A DNA stretch of 34,915 nt from Octopus sinensis. Its lineage: Eukaryota. Position 1 is the stretch's first letter. Every line of letters starts with the position of its first letter. Below, one piece after another: positions 21,027 to 33,469 of this stretch. Both the position numbers and the translations under genes were made by a program. A model generated the notes under the pieces. The model ran no database searches, was not told the DNA's origin, and saw only the letters and a program-made list of their open reading frames with translations. The stretch lies in assembly GCF_006345805.1 (NCBI RefSeq), contig NW_021829891.1, forward strand, positions 1-34,915, written 5' to 3'.

Positions 21027-21419
21027 TGTAGTTCAGGCTTCCGGCAGGCGAAGAGAGAAAAGTTCAAATACAAATGCTATTTACAACTGGTTTATTTACA
21101 GGATTCACAGGATATGTTTAGTGTGCTGCTCTCAGCAACCATCTTAAGCTGTGTGCGTTGTGCAGTAGCTCCGTTAGTGAGGGCGCATTGCCTCTGGAGA
21201 TACAACCTATAGACAGGACCAGCCAGTGGCGGTGTTCACAAAGTGGCGCCAAAAAGAGAGAGAGATTTGAATCGGGTTGTCCCTTTATATATAGTTTTCC
21301 ATCGCGAGCCTCGTTGTGATCATCTCGCGCATGGCAAATGAATTTAGGTGAGGTCTCGCTCCAGTCTCGGAGATGGCGAGATCTCATCCAATATGGCGCT
21401 GACTGCTTGTGCCGCTACA
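21027..21419 (-). mobile_element. Probable solo LTR, 393 bp
   Basis: TGTAG...CTACA inverted termini; on minus, TATATATAAAGGG (TATA-like) precedes AATAAA in U3-R-U5 order; no TSD or PBS seen. Confidence 0.55.
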
Positions 21420-21659
21420 ACGTTAACATTTGTGATGCTGGTAGCCATCACATAACGTCGTTGTGGTGATTGTTTTCATCTTTGTTGTTGTTGTTAATGA
21501 GAATGATGATGATAATAATGGTGGTTTACGCCCAGTATCGGCTGGCAGTGTTACTTGCCATAGAGTACCCCCCAAAAAATAAATAAAATAAAGAAAGAAA
21601 AGGAATATTTGCACTCACACACGTGTGTATATATGTCTGTCTATCTATCTACCTACATG

Positions 21660-21840
21660 TTCTTTTTTATATTTCCCGATCCCTTTTGATCGGAATTCTG
21701 CTTTTTTTCTTATTTCTCCCCTTTTTTTTCATTTTTGAAAAGTAATGCTCTACATTTGTATCTGTCCACTCTGTGTTCAGCCATGTGTGGCCAATAAAGA
21801 TAGATTTATGTATCTTTATCTATTTATCTTTATCTATCTT
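21660..21840 (+). mobile_element. Probable LINE 3' end with (TATC)-like tail
   Basis: Pyrimidine-rich segment, then GTGTGGCCAATAAAGA, then a degenerate TATC tract; similar end CCCTTGACCAATAAAGA plus (TCTA)n at 22260-22375. Confidence 0.45.
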
Positions 21841-22295
21841 AACATAGAACTGTATTAAATCTCAGAATGAGATTGAAACAGTAATCGCTCGATAATGTAA
21901 AGTATAGAAGCCATCTTATCATGGCTAACCACATTGGGGAGGGGGTGTTACTGTAGCTTTATAGCCCCAAGAGATCTTCGTCCTAGCTGGCTCTAGACAC
22001 AATATCAGTGTCCTTGGAGTATTTGCAAAGGGAGGCCATCCCTTCCTCGCAAGCCTGAGTGATACGCTCGAACTAGTTTCGGGATTGTTGTCCCTCGTCA
22101 ACGGGCGGTAACATAGAACTGTATTAAACGATGATTTGCCATGAAAAAGTATTATTAGAGTGGTATTGAATTGGTTTAGTAAGGCCGCAACGATTAAGAG
22201 AATAGAATGGAATGAGACTTTGAATCTTAGAAGAGGCACTGAATAAAGGCACCCCTACCAACCAGCTCACGTTTAGATCGGCCCTTGACCAATAA

Positions 22296-22640
<345 letters not shown>

Positions 22641-22793
22641 TGTCTATCTCTAGTGAGCCGTCAGTTGCAAGCAGTTGTATTAAAGGAAATAACTAGGAAA
22701 AGTAACATCAACATGCGTGAACAATACATGCAACGGACAACCGTAACCACATTCATCTCCACCATCACCACCACCACCACCATCACCACCACC

Positions 22794-22825
<32 letters not shown>

Positions 22826-23067
22826 CAACAACACCACCACCACCACCAACAGCAACACCACCATTTCCACCGTCATTATCATCATCCACTCGTCATTGTC
22901 CTCCTCCTCCTCCTCATCATCATCATCATTCCTAACAATAGCCTGTCACTCTTGTCAGGGTTCTTAGCCATGGCCACACAGGCGACTGTTGCCAGATGGA
23001 TTATTTTCTAGATCAACAAGGGCACGGAATGCAAATTATTATTGGACGAGAATATCGTCTGTTTGAA

Positions 23068-23098
<31 letters not shown>

Positions 23099-23602
23099 CC
23101 CCGTTCATATATCGGGGTAGGTGTGTGTGTGTGTGTGTGTACGACCCCGTTCATATATCGATACCCGAGTATCTGTGTGCGTGTGTGTGTGTGTGTGTGC
23201 GCGCGTCTGTGTATGTGTGTGTGTGTGTGTGTTTTAGATGTCCATGTGCGTATGAACGCGTATCTGTTTGTATGTGCGTGTGTATGTGTGTGTGTGTGTG
23301 TGTGTGTGCGTTTGTGCATATGAATGAATGTATGTGTGTGTGTATGTGTGTGTATGTGTGTGTGTGTGTGTGTGTGTTCGTGCGTGCATATGCATGAATG
23401 TATGCGTGTGTATCTGCCTGTGCATATATTTGTATCGATGATGTTTGTGCATATATATATGTGTGTGTGTGTGCGTGTGTGTGTGTATGTATGTGTTTGT
23501 GTATTCATATATATATATAACACACACACACACATATATATATATACATACATGTAAATGTATATATATGTATACATATATATATATATGTGTGTATATA
23601 TA

Positions 23603-23638
<36 letters not shown>

Positions 23639-24305
23639 ATTTATATATTCATGCATGCATATGTATGTGTTTGTGTTTTCTTATGTATTTGTATAGAAAT
23701 GTTGTTACATGTGTGCTTTGGCTCGCGTGTGTGTATAAATATAGGTGAGTGAGCGGTGTGTTTATGCGTGTGGTTAAATATATGTGTCTCTTAAAAGAGC
23801 GGAGAACCAATGTCACCATTGGACGAAGACTTGTCATCCGCCGAGCCTCACTCATTCTCATTTTTCTGTCAAACCAGTTCAGGCTCAAGTCACCGGGTCA
23901 AGTTTCCTTGAGCAATTGTCAAATAAGTCGCCTTTAGCCGTTTCTTCTGTTCTATGTCAATCTGACCACAAAGGCTCCGCTTCAAACCTGGATGGACACA
24001 AGTTATACACAAAACCACTTATACGACACACGCGCAAACAAACTTACAGAAACACACACACACACACACACACACGTACACACTCACTCACACAAACACA
24101 CGTACACACTCACATACAAACAGGTGCACATACACACTTTATTTTCTCTTACAGCCAATCTTCTTTTGCCAATTTCTGTCCCCCATTCTCTCTTCCCCGC
24201 CTCCTTATCATTCCTTTTTATTCTATTGATCGATCGATCTATTTTCTGGCCTCTGTTACGTATGCTGGTCTTTGTCTCTGCCTTCCTGTTTGCCAGTCTG
24301 CCCGA

Positions 24306-24345
<40 letters not shown>

Positions 24346-24425
24346 GTCTGCCTGTCTATCTGTCTCTGCCTCTGTCTCTGTCTCTCTCTCTCTGTCTATA
24401 TCCCCCTCTCTCTCTGCGTACATGC

Positions 24426-24770
24426 GTGGCTGTGTGGTAAGTGGTTTGATTCCCAACCTCGTGGTCCCGGGTTCAATCCTACTGTGAGACACCTTGTGCA
24501 AGTATCTTCTTCTATAGCCTCAGGCCGACCAAAGCCTTGTGAGTAGAAAGAAACTGAAAGAAACCCGTCGTGTATGTGTGTGTGTGCCTTTTTGTGTACC
24601 CTCCACCACCAGTGTTGGTATGTTTACGTCCCTGTAACTTATCGGTTCAGCAAAAGGGAACGATAGAATAAGTACCAGATTCAAAAACATGCGTTGGAGT
24701 CAATTTGTTTCAACTAAACCATTCAAGGTTGTGTCCCAGCATGGCCACAGTTCAATTATAGAAAAAAAAA
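24426..24770 (+). mobile_element. SINE family 4
   Basis: GTGGCTGTGTGGTAAG head, GGTTCAATCC B box, internal TG tract, conserved 3' half. Confidence 0.85.
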
Positions 24771-25028
24771 TTAAATAGAAGATAGCATAAATTGTCTGAA
24801 GAATTTGTTCTGTAGTAGATTTTATATATTTTTATGCATATTTTGTAAGTTTATGTACTTTTCGACATTTCTCTTTGCAAATTCAGCGATTGCCGCCAAT
24901 TTGTTTTCAACGTGATCTGAATAAATTTAGTTGATCCGAATATAAGAAAGTCCCCAATATATTACTAGGTGGAAAACGGTTGGGAACGAGAACCTCCGGA
25001 TAACAAGTCTCATAGTTTCAGTTTTTCA

Positions 25029-25061
<33 letters not shown>

Positions 25062-25110
25062 TGCACGCACGCGCGTTGGGGGGGGGGGGCACGCGAGCGC
25101 GCACTTATGT

Positions 25111-25531
25111 TCTTTTATTCTATTACTTGCTTCAGTTATTTGATTTCGGCCATGCTGGAGTAAAACCTTGAAGGGATTTAGTAAAAAAAAAAAAAAATTG
25201 ACCCCAGTACTTATTTTTTAAAAAGGCCTAGTACTTATTCCATCGGTATTTTTTGCCGAACCGCTGTCTTACGGGGACGTAGACACACCAACATCGGTTC
25301 TCAAGTGGTGATGAAAGGAAAAATACAAAGACACACGCATACACACACATACGCACACACACACACACACACAAACACGACAGACTTCTTTCAGTTTCCG
25401 TCTCTCAAATTCACTCGTAAGGCTTTGGTTGGCCCAGGGCTATAGTAGAAAACACCTGCCGAAGGTGTCACGCAGTGAGATTGAACCCGGAACCATGTGG
25501 TTTGGAAGCAAGCTTCTTACCACACAGCCAC
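25111..25531 (-). mobile_element. SINE family 4
   Basis: Homologous to 16195-16672. Confidence 0.88.
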
Positions 25532-25629
25532 ATCTTGTTTTGCAAGATTCCTTATATGAAATCGTGTGTTGAAACAGATATTATTATACATGGGGATGGT
25601 CATGTTTTGCCAATTAAACACACCCACTA

Positions 25630-25662
<33 letters not shown>

Positions 25663-25663
<1 letters not shown>

Positions 25664-26245
25664 TAAGAACAAACTTACTTAAAATGGATGCGTGCGTTCT
25701 GTCGTGTAATAACAAATTAATAAATAAAACATATGCATATATACATACATATATGTACGTATCTACATCTACATGTATATATACATGCATATATGGGTAC
25801 AGGACACCAAAAAAAAAAACGTCGAACACAATGAGAAACGAATACATAAACACAAAACCAAGGAACTGGACATTTTTCTTAAATAACGAAAAAAAACGAA
25901 AAAAATAGAGTACAGGACAAATAACACAAGGAAAATTCCTCTTATTCAGTCGCCATGGTTTCATCTACTCCGCGTTTCGAAAGTGAAGGCGAGACGCGAC
26001 TTCAACTGAAACATTCCTTCCCGCGAAAAGCAAATTAAATAAAATTTGAGATTTTGTTGCGGAGGGGTAAAAATGATAACAAAAACAGGACAGTTACAAC
26101 AGTACAAAATATAAACAGTAAAAGACAGGACAAGGAGAATAACAGTAACACAGACAAGAAGGGCTGTTAAGCCGAACGAGATAAAATATTACGAACGCTA
26201 TTTTTGAGAACGGCGAAGGAGCCACAGAAAATGCCGTCTACACTC
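25663..26245 (-). repeat. Family U repeat, copy C, between (TA)n tracts
   Basis: Shares ATGCATGTATATATACATGTAGATGTAG, GTCCTGTAC and TTTTCCTTGTG blocks with copies A and B. Confidence 0.75.
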
Positions 26246-26303
26246 TGTATATATATATATATATTTGGTCATCACTTCGGCTTTATTATTATTAGTTTTT
26301 TTT

Positions 26304-26462
26304 CTCGTCTGCTTTACGTTCTGAGTTCAATTCCGTCGAGGTCGACTTTGCCTTTTATCCTTTCGGGGTTGATAAATTAAGTACCAGTTGCGTACTGGTG
26401 TCGATCTAATCGACTGGCCCTCTCCCCCCAAAATTTCGGGCCTTGTGCCTAGAGTAGAAAAG
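26304..26462 (+). mobile_element. SINE family 2, 5'-truncated
   Basis: GAGGTCGACTTTGCCTTTTATCCTTTCGGGG...AGAGTAGAAAAG. Confidence 0.9.
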
Positions 26463-26618
26463 ATTATTAGTTTCTTTATCAAAGCTCTTTCCTTCCAAAA
26501 ACTGTGACTTAATCACAAGCTGTGACGTACATACCGCTAGCCACTAAAACTTTGTTTATCGCTCTTTTTTTGATTCTCTCTCACTCTTTATTCTCTCTCT
26601 GTGTTTATTTTCTCGTTT

Positions 26619-26656
26619 TCTTTCTGTTGAAGAGCGTAGGCTCGAAACATAAAAGA
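26619..26656 (+). ncRNA. Variant hammerhead-like motif (A6U core variant, stem III mutated)
   Basis: TCTTT-CTGTTGA-A-GAG cgtagg CTC-GAAAC-AT-A-AAAGA: perfect 5-bp stem I and 3-bp stem II; CAT where CGT is expected (consistent with CpG decay). Confidence 0.55.
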
Positions 26657-26831
26657 CTTTCTCAACTTTCCGAGTGTTAAACTAATACACCTGTCTGTTT
26701 TTTATACACCTGTCTTCGCCTTTCTTTTTTTTTCCTTTTGTAAATTCCAACTATATATGGCGCGATAAGGCCTATGTCTTTTGTTTTTCTATAAAATTCA
26801 ACTATATATATATATATATATATATGTATAT

Positions 26832-26960
26832 ACGACAGGCTTCCACGCAGTTCCCGTCTATCATATTCACTCACCAAGCATTAGTAGTCAGCGCTATAAA
26901 TGAAGACACTTGCCGCGTATTGGAACTGAACCGGAAACTTCTTAATCCCACACCAGCCAT
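26832..26960 (-). mobile_element. SINE family 4, degraded 5' half
   Basis: ACGACAGGCTTC...GAAGACACTTGCC...GAACTGAACC...CACACCAGCCA. Confidence 0.7.
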
Positions 26961-27394
26961 ATCTGAACACTTTCTGTGAAATATTCTTATGCAAAATTCC
27001 AATATAAAACACCCGAGATGATCCAAATGGTGAAATAATGAATGCATAATTATGTGAAAAATAGTAATTAGTGAGAAGATAGAAAATTTCAGAATCTGCG
27101 ATAAATTAGCTCATCATTGGGTGTGGTTTATGATTCAAAGTTATAAATGGCACAAAGTGTCTGATGTGTCTTTAAGCTAAATAGTTATTGTTCTTTAATA
27201 CATTGAAGATGGGGTTAATTTGGGTGTCGTGTTTTGTAGTAAAATTTACTGGTTATCATTATTCTTAATTTTGAGATAAATGAAGTTCGGCTGATAGCAG
27301 TAAAATTTCCTTTTGGGATCAACTCATGGTTTGTAATGCGCGTTAGAGTGCACAAATAACAGACGGGCAGAATTGTTATAGCATCATCAAGTCA

Positions 27395-27490
27395 ACCTTA
27401 GTGGTATTTGAAATCAGAACATAAAGACGGACGAAATACGGCTAAGCATTTTGTCCGGTGAGCTAATGATTCAGTCAGCTTTCTGCCTTA
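27395..27490 (-). mobile_element. SINE family 2 head fragment
   Basis: CAGAACATAAAGACGGACGAAATACGGCTAAGCATTTTGTCCGG matches the reverse complement of the 11882 head. Confidence 0.65.
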
Positions 27491-27754
27491 GAGTAGGTTA
27501 ATAATGCGCTAGGTTAAGGCACCATTATTTGGCACCTTAGGTACTCTTAGCAAAGTCTACTCTCTTTCAAGTATTCGGTCCATGTCTCGGGTTTGAGCGG
27601 AATCTCTTCCTACTAATTTTCTTATTTATTTACTTATTTGTCCCTCTTTCTTTCCTATTTTGTCTAAGGCATGTGTATGTGTCTTTTGCGCATGTGTATA
27701 TGGGTTTATGTATTACACTGTTTGTATCTGCGTCTGTTTTTTTCCATTCTGCCT

Positions 27755-28620
27755 TTAGTCGTCATGATGCGTAGTGTGATGGTAGTTGTTATTATTCCAT
27801 TCCTGTTTTCTGTTAAGGCTCGGTCTATCTATTACTATGTGTGTGGCCTCTGTAATCTGCCTAAGTGTTGTGTCTGTTCTATTCGTTGATAATACCTTAA
27901 CATCTATGTTATTAACCGAGCCTCTATGTTCTTATTGTTGGTACAGCCCTCACAAACTTTTCTCCTCTTTGAGCTCCCGCTTGTGATCACCTATCCGCTC
28001 CCCTGTGCTACGTGCTATCTCCCCATCGTAAGTTGCTGTTTTGTGGGGCCTCTGTAATCTACCTAAGTGTCGTGTCTGTTCTATGCGTTGATAATGCCTT
28101 AACATCTATGTTATTAACCAAGCCTCTATGTTCTAGTCGAGCATCTTGGTACAGCCCTGACAAGCTTTTCTCCTCTTTGAGCCCCCGCCAATGATCACCT
28201 ATCCGCTCCCCTTTGCTACGCGCTATCTCCACATCATAAGTTGCTGTTTTGTTTCCTATTTTGTTATCTATAATATACTATATTTCATTAGCTCACATGA
28301 TTGTTCTTTTTAGATTTTATGCGCCAATAGAATAGAAAAAGTGCTTGTCGTGTAATTTTTCTGTTTATTGTACTTTTTCAACTAACTTATATTTCATATA
28401 TGAGACCCTACCGCATGTGCATTTTGTACGCAGAAGGTTCCAGTGAAGTATTTTTCTTCAGTCCTATTGTTAAAGCCATTGTTCGCTTATTGCTCTCATC
28501 TTCCACGTTATGTCAGTCTTTGTCTGTTACTTTTAGTCTTGTTCCATCTCCCTACTTTATTCACAAACTTGATCTCGCCATTGATCTCTTTCAGACTCTC
28601 TTTATTCTGTAATTGCATTG
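27755..28620 (-). mobile_element. Penelope-like element remnant: GIY-YIG endonuclease region, internally duplicated
   Basis: Minus frame TYDGEIARSTGERIGDHKRELKEEKSL*GLYQQ*EHRG...IDVKVLS...DTTLRQITEATHIVIDRPSLNRKQEW fits the PLE pattern YIGET.R...R..EH...H...R.I.EA..I...P.LNR; ~205-bp tandem duplication at 27843-28252. Confidence 0.8.
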
Positions 28621-29029
28621 TTCTCTCTCACTCTCTCTCTCTCTCCATGGCTTCCTCCCTTTGGTCCTTTCGTTTTTACTTTTCCCTTTCTCTTCGCCTC
28701 TGTCTGTCTGTCTGTCTCTCACTCTCAGTGTGCATTAGGGTATCACCAGACTTCATTCTTTCTTTATATCCTATTAGTTTACCCGTTTTACTTTCCTTGT
28801 CTGAAATACTCTATAGCATTTGTCACAGTTCTCTGAAGCCACCCTTTCTCATCCGTCAATCAATTGGCCCAAGTTAACCTCTTTGCAAACCCTTGATATT
28901 TGAATGTAAGAAAGGAAGGCTGTCAAACCGATACACAAATAGACTGATAGACACGCAGCAGACAAACAGCAGAACTAAACTAGACAATAATAACGTTGGC
29001 CAGGCATTGCGAAACACATGAAATTATTG

Positions 29030-29053
29030 GAGATATTACTACTACTACTACTA

Positions 29054-29119
<66 letters not shown>

Positions 29120-29228
29120 CACTACCACCACAACCACCACCAGCACCAGCACCACCACCAGCACCACCACCAGCACCACCAGCACCAGCACCAGCACCAC
29201 CACCAGCACCACCACCAGCACCACCACC

Positions 29229-29279
<51 letters not shown>

Positions 29280-29300
29280 GCCGTCAACGCCGCCGCTGCT
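29030..29300. repeat. (TAC)n-(CAC/CAG)n-(TAC)n triplet array
   Basis: Direct reading. Confidence 0.95.
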
Positions 29301-29514
29301 GCTGTTGCGAAAGTAAAAAAATACCACCTGTCTATGTCACTACCAATATAGACTTCATGCGTCGCCCGATTTAATCCCCTCGCTTGGCTCCTTGGGTATA
29401 GGTATTATTAGTGGAGTTCCCTTTTGTCATGAGTATCCGGATCAGGTTTCCGGTTTGAGGATACCTTCCTTCCATGCCCCACCCCCGGACGCTGCCACTG
29501 GTCCGAAGTTTGGT

Positions 29515-29632
29515 TCTGAATCACATGGGTCAGGTTTCAGTCCTACTGCGTGGAACCTTGGGCAAATGTCTTCTACTATAACCTCGGGCCGACCATGAGG
29601 ATTTAATAGACAGAAACTGAAGGAAGCCCGAC

Positions 29633-29660
<28 letters not shown>
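29515..29660 (+). mobile_element. SINE family 4, 5' half
   Basis: CACATGG..TTTCAGTCCTACTGCGTGGAACCTTGGGCAAATGTCTTCTACTATA...GAAGCCCGAC, then a TG tract. Confidence 0.8.
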
Positions 29661-29663
<3 letters not shown>

Positions 29664-30416
29664 CCGGCAAATTTTTCTGCTTTTAAAAAGGATTTCGTGG
29701 TGTGAATTAAATTTTGAGAGTGTACTGGTAGGGTAAGTAGATAGAGAGAAGAGAAGAGATGTGTATGTTAGAAGGAGAATGGTATTAGTCAAAAGGAATA
29801 AGGGAGGAAAGAAGAAAGTGGAAGGAAAAATGAAAAGAGGAGTGCTACATGGTGGTCAAGATATTGTGAGGGGATGAGAGAGGAGAGCTATCAGGATAAA
29901 AGGAGTAGGGAAGGGATAGAAGAAAGAGATAGGTATGTAAGGAAGGAATATGTGTGAGAAATAGGAGGTGGAGTGATATGTTTGAAAGGCACCAAAGTGG
30001 GGTGATGGGTAAAGAAATGGTGCGGGTGGGGTGTATTAAAGTGAGTAATAAACCTCAAAAAGGAAGAGAAAAATAAGATATAATGGTCAAGTTGCTAAAA
30101 ATAGACGTAGGTATTTATTGTACTAGCTAAAGTGATAGTGGGGGCTGATGAATCAGAGAGAGAAAGAAAGATGTGTATATAGATATACACACTCGCGTAC
30201 ACATATACATATAGATGTGTATATGCACTATTATATAGGGTCGCATACTTATGTACCTATACCTATACGCACACCTGCACACACACACATATACATACAT
30301 GTATACACACATATACACACATACATGCTTATATATGTGTTATTAAGCAATTAAAAAATTAAAATTAAAAATTGAAAAGTGAAAGATATAAGACATTGGA
30401 AAGTCAAATAAAGTTG

Positions 30417-30760
30417 TTAGATATTACGCAATGAGTATTTGTACAGTGTGGTGATTAAGGTTGCATTTAGATTTGTGGTGAAATTTGAAGGTATGAAAAA
30501 AGCGGTGTTTAGTATGTGGAATGCTTCTTATAGGCATAACTTACAGGCTGAGCGTTGACCCAGGTATGGAAGTCCTGAATCTATTATGAACCATGACAAG
30601 TTATACGGAATATTCCTATTTTTGAGATGATGTATGTAACTGAAGAGGCTTGTGGATTTACTGTGTTTCTCATAGCTAAAGGAATTAAGATGCGTAGCAC
30701 TTGCATAGCATTTACATAGCCTTACCTGCTATCTTGGGTCTTCTGGATACCTATACCTCT
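30417..30760 (-). mobile_element. Second Penelope-like element remnant: C-terminal half of GIY-YIG
   Basis: HLNSFSYEKHSKSTSLFSYIHHLKNRNIPYNLSWFIIDSGLPYLGQRSACKLCL*EAFHIL matches the PLE pattern H..SF....T.LS.YI..LK....Y.I.W.I....Y....C.LCL.E..IL; cut by (TA)n at about 30765. Confidence 0.85.
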
Positions 30761-30768
30761 CACAGGTA

Positions 30769-30812
<44 letters not shown>

Positions 30813-31519
30813 GTATGATATACATTTATATTATATATTATTTATCATTTATTGTTTAATTGAACGCGACGCATCCATTTCCAAGAAAGTGTATATATAT
30901 ATATATATATAACTTGTAAATGTATCTTATTTTCTTTATTTGGTGCATTTGAGGATCATTTTCTCGTTTGCTCAATAGAAATAATGTCGTAGCACCGACT
31001 ACGTGTTGAAATCATTGTGCACTCTCACTGATTAAATATCTCATTTATATGAACCAAAATTGCACTGCATCGGTTCGTGCACGTGTACCTGCTTTGCATA
31101 TCTTTGTGTGCGTGTGCAAGTGCACATGTTCATATATGAATGATTATATCTCTACCTATATACGTTACACACACATACACACATACACACATGCACACAC
31201 ACACGCACATACACATACATGCATATATAGACGTATATGCCCAAGGAAAGAAAAGGTGAGAGGAAACAACCAAACAATATAGCAAGGAAAGCAAAATACA
31301 GAGTGGGAAAGAGAGAGAGAGAGAGAGAGGGGGAGAGAGAGAGAGAGAGAAACAGACAGACGACAGAGGAAGAGAGAAAGAGAGTTGTAACGTCTGTGTG
31401 CGCGTGTGGTCATGTGTATGTCTAAACTTGGAATTGACAGGTGTGAAGCGTTGAAAGCAATTCAGAAGCAATCCTTTATTATTTAAATCACAATTCGATA
31501 TTCTACTGTGTGTTTTAAA

Positions 31520-31577
<58 letters not shown>

Positions 31578-32040
31578 GATATATATATATATAATATATA
31601 TATAATAATATATTATATGTATGTATATATTTTTTATTATATATATGTATATATATGCATATATATATAATGGCATGTGATAAAGAAACTAAGTGTAGTG
31701 GTAAAATGGCTGCGTGAAGGTGTATGAGTTTATGTGCGTCCGTTTGTGCCTTCGTGTATGCATGATGGTGGCTGGTGATACGGGGTGAACGGGGTGATGG
31801 AGAGAAATAATCTCTTTGAAGTTTCAATTCTTATGAATAGGAAAGTGCAAAGTTTCTTAATTAGCTGTTGTGTTTGTTGCAAATAGCTTTTTCTCTCTGT
31901 TCTCCCGCCAACCCCCGCGACTAATCTCACTTAACTCGCACTCCATTGACAACGTTCCTTCCTTCCTTGCTTGCTTGCTTCCTTGCTTCCTTCTTTCCTT
32001 CTTTCCTTCATCTTTACGTTCACGCCTCAACATGCTCTAA

Positions 32041-32088
<48 letters not shown>

Positions 32089-32251
32089 TACACAATACAT
32101 ATATTACATGCATATATTTTAAGTATATCATATATATATGTGCGTGTATAACTATATATATATGTGTGTGTCTGCATGTATATATATCTCTCTCCTTCCT
32201 TTCCTCCGTCTGTCTCTCTCTCCCCCTCTCTCCCTTCTTCTCTCTGTCTCC

Positions 32252-32319
<68 letters not shown>

Positions 32320-32659
32320 ATATATATATATATATTTATATATATATATATATATATATGAACATATATATTACATATAATGTGTTGGTGTATTCATGCA
32401 AGTGTTTGAAGTAGACAGTTTGAAGTGTCACTATAGCTACGTCTGATTTAGGTGACGATTAAATGAATAAACGAATGATTATAATAATAATTGCTGAAAA
32501 TACAGTTTAAAAGCTTAAAAATTGTCTGTTGAATATTTCCGAGCTAAAACACGTCTTCTCACAAAATGACAAAGTAGGTCGCGAAACAAATTTAGTATAC
32601 CGACTAACTTACTAGAGTGCTGGTGACTTAAAAGAACAAAGAACTACATACCAATATCA

Positions 32660-32870
32660 CAGAGTACTATCACAAATCGGCCCTGCCATGCAGTTTTGGC
32701 TTAGTCGCATTATAGGTCCCTGGGGTGGAGAGTCAAAGTACTGGGCTCCATTTATTGAGGGCATACCGTAAAATACATTGATCAGAATTGGGCCCCTACA
32801 CAACGCGCCGTCGGGAATCGAACTTACGATCACGAACTGAATACCATTACCATTAAGCCACGTGCGTTCA
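32660..32870 (-). mobile_element. Degraded tRNA-headed SINE
   Basis: Minus GTGAACGCACGTGGCTTAATGG...AAGTTCGATTCCCG (A and B boxes). Confidence 0.7.
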
Positions 32871-32964
32871 CACATAACTATACACACACACACACACGCA
32901 CGCGCGCACACACACACACACACACACATTGTATCTATTCTGAGGCACAAGTCCTGGAAAGGCT

Positions 32965-33378
32965 TTTTATTTATTTATTGCCCACAAGGGGCTAAATATA
33001 GAGGGGACAAACAAGGACAGACAAAGGGATTAAGTCGATTATATCGACGCCAGTGCGTAACTGGTACTTAATTTATCGATCCCGAAAGGATGAAAGGCAA
33101 AGTCGACCTCGGCAGAATTTGAACTCAAGACGTAACGGCAGACGAAATACCTATTTCTTTACTACCCACAAGGGGCTAAACACAGAGAGGACAAACAAGG
33201 ACAGACAAACGGATTAAGTCGATTATATCGACCCCAATGCGTAACTGGTACTTATTTAATCGACCCCGAAAGGATGAAAGGCAAAGTTGACCTCGGCGGA
33301 ATTTGAACTAGGAACATAACGACAGACGAAATACGTCTATGCATTTCACCCGGCGTGCTAACAATTCTGCCAGCTCAC
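32965..33378 (-). mobile_element. Two tandem SINE family 2 copies (tail variant as at 11882-12117)
   Basis: CCCACAAGGGGCTAAA...GGACAAACAAGGACAGACAAA...GAAAGGATGAAAGGCAAAG repeated with ~186-bp period. Confidence 0.92.
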
Positions 33379-33469
33379 CTGGAAAGGTTTTTGTAGATGG
33401 TCAGCAGTCGCCAATGCATATCAATCTTTGTCAACGATGTTATCCTAGTGAAAGGCAAAGGTCGATATT

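Noticed and set aside
29340-29515. GC-richer segment with GTATCC/GGATAC and CCGGA/TCCGG stems as an HDV-like ribozyme or LINE 5'UTR
   Set aside because: Could not assemble the nested double pseudoknot by eye; would need a descriptor search.
29660-29710. Possible decayed hammerhead (CACGAAA-TCCTTTTAAAAGCA-GAAA, minus) downstream of the second PLE remnant
   Set aside because: Core and cleavage site are too degraded to distinguish from chance.
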